A stretch of DNA of 64,000 nt from an uncultured Pseudomonadales bacterium (lineage in GTDB: Bacteria; Patescibacteriota; Microgenomatia; UBA1400; PJMF01). Positions 47,005 through 55,349 of the stretch are shown here, piece after piece; position 1 is the stretch's first letter; the number at the start of each line of letters is the position of its first letter. The translations under genes were made by a program, and so were the position numbers. The DNA is taken from assembly GCA_964511345.1 (NCBI GenBank), contig CAZEEV010000001.1, forward strand, positions 8,089-72,088, read 5' to 3'. The notes below the pieces were generated by a model. The model was given only the letters and a program-made list of their open reading frames with translations, was not told the DNA's origin and did not search any database.

Positions 47005-47741
47005 CGAGCTTTAATTACATCGTTAATTACAATTCCAAAACTTACCGCCACATTGAGCGATTCAGCTTGACCGTGTTTAGGAATACTTAGAGATTGATCA
47101 GCGAGCTGATCAATTTCTTTGGAAGTGCCCTTGGATTCATTGCCAAAAATAATCGCAGTTTTATTTTTAAAATTGACGACTTTTCTCGAGTCAGCCAACT
47201 CTGGTCTAGTAACAACGATTTTGAAACCAGCTTTTTTAAGCTCAATTAAGTCTGCTTCGCCATTTTGGCTAGTTACGATGGGCAAATGAAAAATAGAGCC
47301 CATGCTGGAGCGAACTACCTTGGGCTGATAAGGATCAGCGCCGCCAATCAGCAAAATAGCATCTAGTCCAAACCAATCAGCAGTTCTAATAATAGTGCCT
47401 AAGTTGCCAGGATCACGAATATCTTCAAGCACAGCCACCAATCTGCTATTTTTAATTGTTTCCAGATTGTAATTAGGCATTCTGACAATCGCAGCAATGC
47501 CAGATGGAGTCACAGTTTCTGCCAATTTAGCAAAATCTTTTTCATCAACGATTAATGTTTCCTGATTTTCACCAAAACTCTTTTCTTGGTTAGCAAATTG
47601 TCTAGTCATGACTAACTGAATAACTTCTTTTCCGGACGCGATGGCTTCAGACACCCCTTTCTTACCTTCAACAATAAAACAGCCATATTCACTGCGATAT
47701 TTTTTCTGATTGAGTTTAGAAAGGATTTTTAGACCAAACAT
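47001..47741 (-). CDS. TrmH/SpoU-family RNA 2'-O-methyltransferase
   Basis: 'LEDIRDPGNLGTIIRTADWFG' and 'IFGNES.G'. Confidence 0.8.
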   Translation of the reverse strand: MFGLKILSKLNQKKYRSEYGCFIVEGKKGVSEAIASGKEVIQLVMTRQFANQEKSFGENQETLIVDEKDFAKLAETVTPSGIAAIVRMPNYNLETIKNSRLVAVLEDIRDPGNLGTIIRTADWFGLDAILLIGGADPYQPKVVRSSMGSIFHLPIVTSQNGEADLIELKKAGFKIVVTRPELADSRKVVNFKNKTAIIFGNESKGTSKEIDQLADQSLSIPKHGQAESLNVAVSFGIVINDVIKAR

Positions 47742-47758
47742 GATATATTTTATTATAT

Positions 47759-48658
47759 ATGAAGATTGCTTACATTGGTCTTGGTAAAATGGGTAAAAAC
47801 ATGGTCTTACGCCTGCTGGAGCGGGGTATAGAAGTGGCGGCTTGGAATCGTTCCAAGGCAGCTGTTGATGAAGTGGTGGCCGCTGGAGCTACTGCTGCCG
47901 CAGACTTTGCAGGTTTAATCGCAGCTTTGCCAGAGCGTAGAGTTGTGTGGTTAATGTTACCTGCAGGTCAAGTCACCGATCAAATTATTAATGAACTTTT
48001 ACCACACTTAAAAAGTGGCGATTTATTAATTGATGGCGGTAATTCTTTTTATCAAGATACTATTCGCCGTGCTACCGAATTAGCCAATAAAAATATTAAC
48101 TATTTAGACATTGGAGTTTCTGGTGGCCCTGGTGGAGCCAGATCTGGAGCTTGCATGATGGTGGGTGGAAATAAAGCTGACTATGATTATGTTTTGCCAG
48201 TTATTAAAGCGGCTTGCGCGCCAGACGCCTATGGTTATGTGGGAAATAGTGGTGCCGGGCATTTTGTCAAAATGATTCACAATGGAATTGAATACGGCAT
48301 GATGCAGGCCATTGCTGAAGGGGCGGCAGTTTTAGAAAAAAGCTCTTTCAAGCCAGATCTAGCTGAAGTTTTTCGCATTTATAATAACAAAACCGTTATT
48401 GAATCTAGATTGGTGAATTGGGCCCAGGAAGCTTTCGCAGAAAATCCTCAATTAGCAAATATTTCTTCAGTTATCTCTCACACTGGTGAAGGAGAGTGGA
48501 CGATTCAAGCAGCTAAGGAACTTGGTGTGGAAGTACCAATTATTGAAAAATCTTTTCAAGTTAGAGTTGAGTCTGCCAATGAACCTGAGAACTTTCGCAA
48601 TAAAGTAGTCTCGATCTTACGCAATAAATTTGGTCACCATAAAGCCACCAAAGATTAA
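47759..48658 (+). CDS. gnd: 6-phosphogluconate dehydrogenase (decarboxylating)-like, short form
   Basis: 'MKIAYIGLGKMGKNMVLRLLERG' NAD(P)-binding and 'HFVKMIHNGIEYGMMQ'. Confidence 0.8.
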   Translation: MKIAYIGLGKMGKNMVLRLLERGIEVAAWNRSKAAVDEVVAAGATAAADFAGLIAALPERRVVWLMLPAGQVTDQIINELLPHLKSGDLLIDGGNSFYQDTIRRATELANKNINYLDIGVSGGPGGARSGACMMVGGNKADYDYVLPVIKAACAPDAYGYVGNSGAGHFVKMIHNGIEYGMMQAIAEGAAVLEKSSFKPDLAEVFRIYNNKTVIESRLVNWAQEAFAENPQLANISSVISHTGEGEWTIQAAKELGVEVPIIEKSFQVRVESANEPENFRNKVVSILRNKFGHHKATKD

Positions 48659-48681
48659 ATTTTTTTAGAGCGACTTAAAGT

Positions 48682-50121
48682 TTAGAAAGAGCAAAAAGAG
48701 ACTGATGGTTCAAGCCATTTCCTACCATCTTTTTCAATAATTTCATCAGCTTCAACTGGCCCCCAACTACCTCTCTGGTAGCTAACAAGATTTTTTCGCT
48801 CCGCAATTAAAGGATCAATGAATTTCCATTGCGCCTCAACTTCTTCGGCATCAACGAAAAAGGTTTGATCACCGCGAAGAGCATCGAATAATAGTCTTAA
48901 GTAGGGATCTGGCAGCGTAGCAGCAGTGTGTTTGTAACAGTATTGCATGTATTCACTTTGTAGCTTTAGATCTGTTCCAGGAAATTTAGAGAGAAATTTT
49001 AGAACAATGCCTTCGTTTGGTTGAATACGATAAATCAGTACATTAGCTTCTCCGCCACCGTTGATGTGTGAAAACAAATGTTTGACGTCATTCTTAAAAA
49101 CAATGGCGACTTCAGTGACTGTTTGCTTGAGAAATTTGCCGCCTCTCACATAAATTGGGACACCGTGAAAACGCTTATTATTGATGTGAGTTCTGAAGCT
49201 GAAAAAAGTCTCTCTACTAGAATTCGTTGCCACATCTTTTTCATCTAGATAGCCTTCATATTGGCCAAAAATTACGCGATCTTTTTCTGGAATAAGTTCT
49301 TCAATAATTTTGGTTCTTTTATCAGTAATATCTTGATTAGACAATGATTTTGGGGCTTCCATAGTAGTGAGGGCAATCATCTGCAAGATGTGATTTTGTC
49401 CGACATCTTTGAGTGCGCCGACACTGTCATAGTAGCCACCGCGCATGCCAATTCCAAAATCTTCAGAAGCAGTTACTTGGATATGATCGATGTTATCTTT
49501 ATTGATTAATGACTCGAACAAATTATTACCAAATCTAAAAGTTAAAATATTTTGCAAGGTTTCTCTACCGAGATAGTGATCTAGACGGAAAATTTGGTCC
49601 TCAGCGTAGTAACTAGTTAATAGTTTGTTTAGTTTTTTAGCTGAATCTAGATCGCTACCGATTGGTTTTTCAACGATGACTCTGACGTAGCCACATTCTT
49701 GGCTATTTAGACCGCTAGTTTGCAAATGATTGAAAACGGTTGGGTAAAGATCTGGGTAAGTAGCTAAATAGAACATGCGGTTGCTGCATGATTTATCTTT
49801 TGCAAATAGATTCATCAATTTATCGTAAACTTCTTTTTGAGCAATATCGCCAGATACATAGAGCATTCTGGAAAGTAAATTATCTGCAACTTCTTTTTCA
49901 ATTGGATGTTGATGATGGCGATTCGGTTGATGCAGCACCATATCTGAATATTTTCTAAATTCTTCATGAGAAAGTTCTTTTCTACCGATGCCAATAATGT
50001 TCATTTTTTCAGGTAGTAGATTGGCTTTTACCAAATCATAGAGAGCGGGAATAAGTTTTAATTGAGCCAAGTTTCCTGTGGCGCCAAAAATAACTAAAGA
50101 GAAGGATTCTTGTGTATTCAT
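48682..50121 (-). CDS. zwf: glucose-6-phosphate 1-dehydrogenase
   Basis: 'IFGATGNLA' and 'RLDHYLGRE' active-site motifs. Confidence 0.9.
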   Translation of the reverse strand: MNTQESFSLVIFGATGNLAQLKLIPALYDLVKANLLPEKMNIIGIGRKELSHEEFRKYSDMVLHQPNRHHQHPIEKEVADNLLSRMLYVSGDIAQKEVYDKLMNLFAKDKSCSNRMFYLATYPDLYPTVFNHLQTSGLNSQECGYVRVIVEKPIGSDLDSAKKLNKLLTSYYAEDQIFRLDHYLGRETLQNILTFRFGNNLFESLINKDNIDHIQVTASEDFGIGMRGGYYDSVGALKDVGQNHILQMIALTTMEAPKSLSNQDITDKRTKIIEELIPEKDRVIFGQYEGYLDEKDVATNSSRETFFSFRTHINNKRFHGVPIYVRGGKFLKQTVTEVAIVFKNDVKHLFSHINGGGEANVLIYRIQPNEGIVLKFLSKFPGTDLKLQSEYMQYCYKHTAATLPDPYLRLLFDALRGDQTFFVDAEEVEAQWKFIDPLIAERKNLVSYQRGSWGPVEADEIIEKDGRKWLEPSVSFCSF

Positions 50122-51035
50122 TTTTTCTTTCTGCTGGCAATATATACCCCAAAGATAATAATTAAAAGGGAAAAGATCTGTAAGAAACTAGCTGATTCTT
50201 TAAGTAAAAGATAGCCCAGAGGAATATAAATTGCAGGTTGTAGATAAGTAAATAAGCTGGCCTCTGAAGCCTCAATACCATCTTGTCCTTTAATGTAAGC
50301 AGTTAAACCAATAATTGAACCGAAGATCGCCCCATAAATCACTACACCCCAAACCATGACGGAGCTCAAGTCATTAACAATACTACTTTTCCAGAGGTTT
50401 AGATTAAATTGTAACTCTATGATTGATAAGATCGCAAAAGTGATAATGCCGACATAAAAACTAATACTGCTGACAAATAATTTGGGGATTTGGTGATAAC
50501 GTTTTTTGGCTAGCAAAAAATAAATCGCATTTAAAATATTGTGAGCAATAATTAACAAATTGCCGCCAAGTGAATTCATTAAACTACTATCACCGTGCCA
50601 CATTGGTTCCAGAGTAATTAGGATTGTGCCAAAAAAAGCAAAAATTAAACCCAACCACTCATGATGGTCTTGGCGTTCTCTAAGAAAAATAATTCCTCCA
50701 AAAATGATAAACAGTGGTGCACTGGTGGTAATAATATTAGCCTCTAAGGCACTTATTTGACTTAGGCCGATATATAAACAACTAAGAGCCAGAGAAGTTT
50801 CAATTAGCTCGAGTAAAACAATTGTTTTTAAGGTTTGCCATTTGTGTTTAATTTTTTTCCAGTAATACATAACAATGGGCAGTGATAGGGCGCCGGCTAA
50901 ACAAAAACGATAAAAGAGAAAACGAAAAGGAGTAATATCAGAATCATTAAAACCAAGTTTCACAATTGGTAAAAAAGCTCCCCAAGTAATGGTGCTAATA
51001 ATCATGAAAAGATAAGATTGAAGACGTTTGCTCAT
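50118..51035 (-). CDS. DMT-superfamily (EamA-like) transporter
   Basis: Ten TM helices in two EamA repeats. The start was set at MSKRLQ. Confidence 0.65.
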   Translation of the reverse strand: MSKRLQSYLFMIISTITWGAFLPIVKLGFNDSDITPFRFLFYRFCLAGALSLPIVMYYWKKIKHKWQTLKTIVLLELIETSLALSCLYIGLSQISALEANIITTSAPLFIIFGGIIFLRERQDHHEWLGLIFAFFGTILITLEPMWHGDSSLMNSLGGNLLIIAHNILNAIYFLLAKKRYHQIPKLFVSSISFYVGIITFAILSIIELQFNLNLWKSSIVNDLSSVMVWGVVIYGAIFGSIIGLTAYIKGQDGIEASEASLFTYLQPAIYIPLGYLLLKESASFLQIFSLLIIIFGVYIASRKKK

Positions 51036-51066
51036 TTTAAAACCATATATTAGAATAGCACGAGTC

Positions 51067-51504
51067 ATGCTAAAAAATTTTAAGAAATTGACGATCGCAT
51101 TTTTTATTTTATTAGTGGGTTTCTTGATTTATCGACAACGAAATATCCATCAATTATTTTCTAGGGATTTGCCAAAGCCAGCTACAGAAATTACTCCTAG
51201 TATTGCTCCAGCTGCACAATTAGAGTTTGAAGTTGGCGGAGATAGCGATCAGCAAAAAAACTACCAATTTATTGCTACTGCCTCAGGTCAAAATGCTTTA
51301 GAGCTAGTTGAAAGTCAGGTAGAATTAAGCCTTAAAAAATATGATTTTGGTGTCATGATAGAAGGTGTTAATGGTCTTATGGCAGATAATAAAAATTATT
51401 GGGCGATTTATCAAAATGGAGAATATGCAAAAACTGGGATTGCTCAAATTGAATTGCAAAAAGATGAAAGTGTCGAGCTTAGATATGAAGAAATCACTTA
51501 CTAA
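51067..51504 (+). CDS. DUF4430-like secreted/membrane-anchored protein
   Basis: An N-terminal signal anchor. C-terminal 'NYWAIYQNGEYAKTGIAQIELQKDESVELRYEE' fits the DUF4430 pattern. Confidence 0.45.
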   Translation: MLKNFKKLTIAFFILLVGFLIYRQRNIHQLFSRDLPKPATEITPSIAPAAQLEFEVGGDSDQQKNYQFIATASGQNALELVESQVELSLKKYDFGVMIEGVNGLMADNKNYWAIYQNGEYAKTGIAQIELQKDESVELRYEEITY

Positions 51505-51967
51505 TTTCAGTGGGATAATTTTGACTTATGTTTCCAGGTTTGGTTTCTTGCCAGCCAATGTTTCGCCACTTGGAGCTTATGGTTTTTTCGGTGGCAATCT
51601 TTTATTTTATTTTGCTTCCATCGTAGCTTTTGATTTCTTCAAAGGTGGCTTTTACCAAGGATTTTTATGGACTTATCTTGGTTTTGCTGCTTATCCTTTT
51701 TTCGCCTTTTTAGCTCGCAAGTTTTCCAAGAAACAGTGGCTGTTTTTACCAATGGCTTCTTTTAGTTTCTTTCTGCTTTCTAATTTTGGTGTATTTTTAG
51801 CCTGGTATGACCATAGTTGGCAGGGATTTTTGACTTGTTATGCTTTGGCTTTGCCGTTTTATAGTCGCACTTTAGCTGGTGATTTATTTTTTGGTTATGG
51901 CTTTTTGTTGCTTAAAAAACTCCGTCAAATTGCTTTTTTACGTTCCTCACGCTATAATATCCTATAA
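51485..51967 (+). CDS. small polytopic membrane protein (possible ECF-transporter S component)
   Basis: Five hydrophobic helices. DUF4430 genes commonly sit next to ECF S components. The start at MKKSL overlaps the upstream gene by 20 nt. Confidence 0.35.
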   Translation: MKKSLTNFSGIILTYVSRFGFLPANVSPLGAYGFFGGNLLFYFASIVAFDFFKGGFYQGFLWTYLGFAAYPFFAFLARKFSKKQWLFLPMASFSFFLLSNFGVFLAWYDHSWQGFLTCYALALPFYSRTLAGDLFFGYGFLLLKKLRQIAFLRSSRYNIL

Positions 51968-52776
51968 TGTTTAAGAAAAAGATGAGGGTTAAGCTTTATA
52001 AGAAAGCTCCCGTCAAATTTTTATTGAAGAAAGCAAGAAGCCTTAAGAAGTTGGCTTTCTTTTCTTTTGTCTTGAGCTTGTTATTTATTTTTCTTAGCAA
52101 TCCTTTTCTTGCCTACGAGCAAATTAAAGCATTGCCCAATAAGGTAACTGAAGTCAAGCAAGTGATGGCTAGCATTCCAGAGTTTATTAAGGTTTTGCCA
52201 AGTGAAGCAGAGAAGAATAGTTTTGCCTTTTTTGATTGGACTAAGACTCAATTAGATGGTTCCTGGCCAATTTTTGCCAAAGAATCAAATTTAGCTGATA
52301 AAGAAGCTGGTCAGAGTGCGGTAGCTACTAAAGACTATACTAAATTACCTTTTTTCATTGAAATTCCTAAATTGAATCTGTATGAAAAAGTGCATGCTAA
52401 TGTTGATCCGAATAATGTCAAAGAATACCAGCTTGCCCTAGAAGAAGGTGTAGCTCATGCGCTAAATTCATCTTTTCCAGGAGAAAATAAGTTAGTTTAT
52501 GTTTTTGGTCATTCGACCAATGGAGCCTGGAACGTAGAGGCTTATAATGCGGTTTTTTATCAAATCAAAGAATTAGAGATTGGTGACCAAATTATTTTAC
52601 ATTTAGGTGAGCAAAAATTTACTTATCAGGTCAGTGAACAGAACGTGGTCAAGGGTAACGAAATCAATTTTGTGAATGATCGTCAAAATCAAAACATTTT
52701 ACTCTTGCAAACTTGTTGGCCGCCAGGAACTTCTTGGCAAAGATTGTTTGTGAGTGCAGTGCCGGTAGCTATTTAA
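51967..52776 (+). CDS. sortase-family transpeptidase
   Basis: An N-terminal TM anchor. 'VFGHSTNG' is a catalytic His context. 'ILLLQTCWPPG' is the TLxTC Cys motif. A conserved Arg lies near the C-terminus. Confidence 0.7.
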   Translation: MFKKKMRVKLYKKAPVKFLLKKARSLKKLAFFSFVLSLLFIFLSNPFLAYEQIKALPNKVTEVKQVMASIPEFIKVLPSEAEKNSFAFFDWTKTQLDGSWPIFAKESNLADKEAGQSAVATKDYTKLPFFIEIPKLNLYEKVHANVDPNNVKEYQLALEEGVAHALNSSFPGENKLVYVFGHSTNGAWNVEAYNAVFYQIKELEIGDQIILHLGEQKFTYQVSEQNVVKGNEINFVNDRQNQNILLLQTCWPPGTSWQRLFVSAVPVAI

Positions 52777-52842
52777 AGCGCGACTTGTTGTCTTAGTTTT
52801 CTTGTGTTAAGTTTTAAGAATACAATCATTGATTATCATTCT

Positions 52843-53196
52843 ATGTCAAATAACACAGAACTCTCCACTTACATGCAATTTATTACTGGTATCAAAGCAC
52901 CTGGCAATAGAGAAGAGCGGGATGATTGGTCAAAAATGAGAAGCGAAGTATTGAGATCTTTGGCATCAATGATGCTTTTGCAAAAAAATTGTGATTGTCC
53001 TTGCGGTCAAGATTTTTTGAATCACTTATCAGATTTAGAAAATCACCCAGAGTTTAGAAAACACTTTCTCATGCTAGCTAATGTCTTGCAAAAATATCCA
53101 GAACTAGCCTCATCTTTTATAGCTGCTGCTTGTATTAGAACATCCTCAACTGATTGGGATACGATTGAAGACAATACCGCTCATTGTGTTCAATAA
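52843..53196 (+). CDS. hypothetical protein
   Basis: An ORF between the sortase and the candidate substrate, containing 'CDCPCG'. Confidence 0.35.
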   Translation: MSNNTELSTYMQFITGIKAPGNREERDDWSKMRSEVLRSLASMMLLQKNCDCPCGQDFLNHLSDLENHPEFRKHFLMLANVLQKYPELASSFIAAACIRTSSTDWDTIEDNTAHCVQ

Positions 53197-53228
53197 TTTT
53201 TCCACTTACTTAAATCTATCCTATAATA

Positions 53229-53257
53229 TTGACAATATACTATTATAAGTATATAAT
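53229..53257 (+). promoter_or_regulatory. consensus sigma-70 promoter TTGACA-17-TATAAT preceded by the 'tatcctataatattgac' module, driving a leaderless transcript
   Basis: Perfect hexamers. The ATG at 53266 lies 8 nt past the -10 box. Confidence 0.55.
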
Positions 53258-53265
53258 ATCAGATC

Positions 53266-53961
53266 ATGTCAAGAAAAATTAGTATGAAAAAAATCGTTTC
53301 TTATCTATTAATTGTCACTGGTTTCTTTTTGTTTTTTACAAATTTAGCCAGTGCTAAAGAATGTCACACCGTTTATGGTGGTGGCGAAGTTTGTGAAACT
53401 GGAGATTTAAGTTTAAACAAGCAAGTTTTTAATCCAAAAGCTAATCAATATTGGGATAATATTGACGCTGGTGATTATACTTTTGCTCCAGGTGAAGAAG
53501 TTAAATTTAAATTACGTGTCAAAAACACCTCTGATATTAAAGTTGATAGTGTACGCATCAACGACGATTTCGATCGTTTAGATGATTATATGATCTACGT
53601 TAGTAGTGACAAAGGCGATTATCGCGCTGAAGCTACCGACAACAAAATTAAATTTGGCTTAGGTGGTCTCGATCCAGATGAATCTGTAACTGTTTATTTT
53701 GTAGCTCGTTTTAAAGTCGAAAGTGAATTGCCAGTTGGCACCACTTGTATTACTAATGCAGCTCATGTTTATTCACACACTGATGACGTGAGTGACAGTG
53801 ATTACGCTACTTTCTGTGTTAAAGCAGATCATGGCAAAATCATTACCAAAAGCACTCCTGCCACCGGTTTTGACTTAAGCACAATTTTAGCTTTAGAAGC
53901 TTTAGTTTTTGCTGGTATTGGCACTTTAGCCTTGAAAAAAGCTAAGTCTATTGCTAAATAA
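53266..53961 (+). CDS. secreted cell-surface protein with C-terminal sortase-type sorting signal (PATG + TM + KKAK tail)
   Basis: Signal peptide 'LLIVTGFFLFFTNLASA'. A DUF11/conserved-repeat-like beta domain. C-terminal 'TPATGFDLSTILALEALVFAGIGTLALKKAKSIAK'. Confidence 0.6.
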   Translation: MSRKISMKKIVSYLLIVTGFFLFFTNLASAKECHTVYGGGEVCETGDLSLNKQVFNPKANQYWDNIDAGDYTFAPGEEVKFKLRVKNTSDIKVDSVRINDDFDRLDDYMIYVSSDKGDYRAEATDNKIKFGLGGLDPDESVTVYFVARFKVESELPVGTTCITNAAHVYSHTDDVSDSDYATFCVKADHGKIITKSTPATGFDLSTILALEALVFAGIGTLALKKAKSIAK

Positions 53962-53981
53962 AAATTTTATTTGAAATTGGA

Positions 53982-54008
53982 AGCCCCGCTAATAGCGGGG
54001 CTTTTTTG
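53982..54008 (+). terminator. Rho-independent terminator
   Basis: Stem agccccgct/agcggggct with loop aata, followed by TTTTTT. Confidence 0.85.
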
Positions 54009-54054
54009 TTTAAATTTGAAGGTGACAGAAAGTTCAAAAATCTATCCTATAACA

Positions 54055-54083
54055 TTGACAAAAATGACTTATAATGATATACT
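54055..54083 (+). promoter_or_regulatory. promoter TTGACA-17-TATACT preceded by the 'tatcctataacattgac' module
   Basis: Read directly. The predicted transcript enters a ~480 nt structured region. Confidence 0.5.
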
Positions 54084-54570
54084 TTGTGCTAGTTATTAGG
54101 GAATGGCTAATGACTGAAACACAAAATGAATTCCCTTCTAACCGATAGCTGTGAAGCTATCTTAAAAAAATGCACAGCATATTTCGCACCAGCTACTTTT
54201 TACCTTGCAAAAAGATAGGGTTCGAAATAACTTTTTAGCAGAGACAAGGTTTCTGGTTCTTGTTTATTTACCATTCCAAATAAACAAGGCGAAAACCAGA
54301 AGCCTGTTCTCTGCCCGAAAGGGTAGAAGGAGGAACTTTTGAAAGAGGGATTGCTTAAGTAGATTTGCTCTACGCCTAGCGATCATAATCAGACAAAAGT
54401 GCACCTTAACATTGGAGGAACAAAAGTCTTTGGCTTTTGGTCCAGCTTCTGTGAGAACCATTTTCATAATGGTTTTTAGAGGAGCTGGTCCACTGGCCGT
54501 AAGGCTGAATAGGACGAGACGCTAGTTGCTGGTGTTCAGCAACAATTCTTTTCTTTCAGGAGAAAATCTG
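54084..54570 (+). other. candidate structured non-coding RNA or long structured 5' leader
   Basis: GC rises to roughly 45-50%. Nested hairpins include gggaat.../attccc and gatagc/gctatc. A 77 nt near-perfect hairpin spans 54238-54314. Further elements: ccc-GAAA-ggg, aaccatt/aatggtt and gttgctg/cagcaac. There is no credible ORF. Confidence 0.35.
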
Positions 54571-55227
54571 ATGCGTAATAAAGTAACCTTGCTCGTAATC
54601 GTACTTGTTTTGCTGAGTTTACTCAGCGCCTGTAGCGGTGTTCAAGCTCCAGTTGATGTAAATGCCACTTCTGTGGCATCCACGGTTCGAGCTCTGGTTC
54701 CGGCTACGCCGACACCAGATGTTGTTGCCGCTTCGGTGGCAGCTACAATTCAGGCTCTTACGCCGCAGGCGGAAGAGACTGAAGCACCAGCAGAACCTAC
54801 AACAGAAATAAGTTCTACCCCAACCTCAACCCCCACCGTTGTTTTAGCAGCTCTGCAATTGCAGACCGCGAATGACATGAGGGCATTCGGCAAAGTAATT
54901 GGCTGGGTGTCTGGTGGGATAAAAGGCGAATTCGTTCAAGGAGCTCAAGTTTCCCTGAACGAGGACTTTGTCCTCAAAATGCTGCCAACTGGTAGTATTT
55001 TTGAATTCGAATGTGTGCAATATCTATCCCTAGGAGGGAAGATATCTGCACACCCAGTTTGCGAAGGAGCCATGGTAAGGCTCGACACCAATTCGGTAGT
55101 ATCAAAGGGTTCCATCGGAACTCTTTGGTTAACGAATGCGGTGTTAGGAAGCGCAACTGAGAAATGGGAGGAAGGTTTTCTAAACCTTCCGTGTGAGTGC
55201 GCCGACGGCGATTGTCGCGACCAATAG
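54571..55227 (+). CDS. lipoprotein (lipobox LLSAC) with Ala/Thr/Pro-rich linker and Cys-containing globular domain; atypical high-GC codon usage
   Basis: 'MRNKVTLLVIVLVLLSLLSAC' with RBS aggag. The ORF lies in a ~50% GC island. GC hairpins follow the stop codon. Confidence 0.55.
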   Translation: MRNKVTLLVIVLVLLSLLSACSGVQAPVDVNATSVASTVRALVPATPTPDVVAASVAATIQALTPQAEETEAPAEPTTEISSTPTSTPTVVLAALQLQTANDMRAFGKVIGWVSGGIKGEFVQGAQVSLNEDFVLKMLPTGSIFEFECVQYLSLGGKISAHPVCEGAMVRLDTNSVVSKGSIGTLWLTNAVLGSATEKWEEGFLNLPCECADGDCRDQ

Positions 55228-55349
55228 GTCGCGACATGGGTCGCCGTCCTCGTCCACCTCCAATTCCAGCCCGGCCGCAAGGTCGGGCTGGTAACCCAAA
55301 GTTTTTGATGATTTGAAGATTTTGAGTTGCCAGAAATTAATTTAAAAAT

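Noticed and set aside
54210-54226. 'gggttcgaaat' resembling a tRNA T-loop, suggesting a tRNA or tmRNA fragment
   Set aside because: No flanking acceptor, T or D stems can be formed on either strand. It is an isolated motif within a larger unrelated structure.
54264-54467. 67 aa minus-strand ORF inside the structured region
   Set aside because: It lies entirely within the 77 nt hairpin and nested helices. The sequence is odd (MKMVLTEAGPKAK...), with no RBS or promoter. It is more likely a by-product of GC-rich structured RNA.
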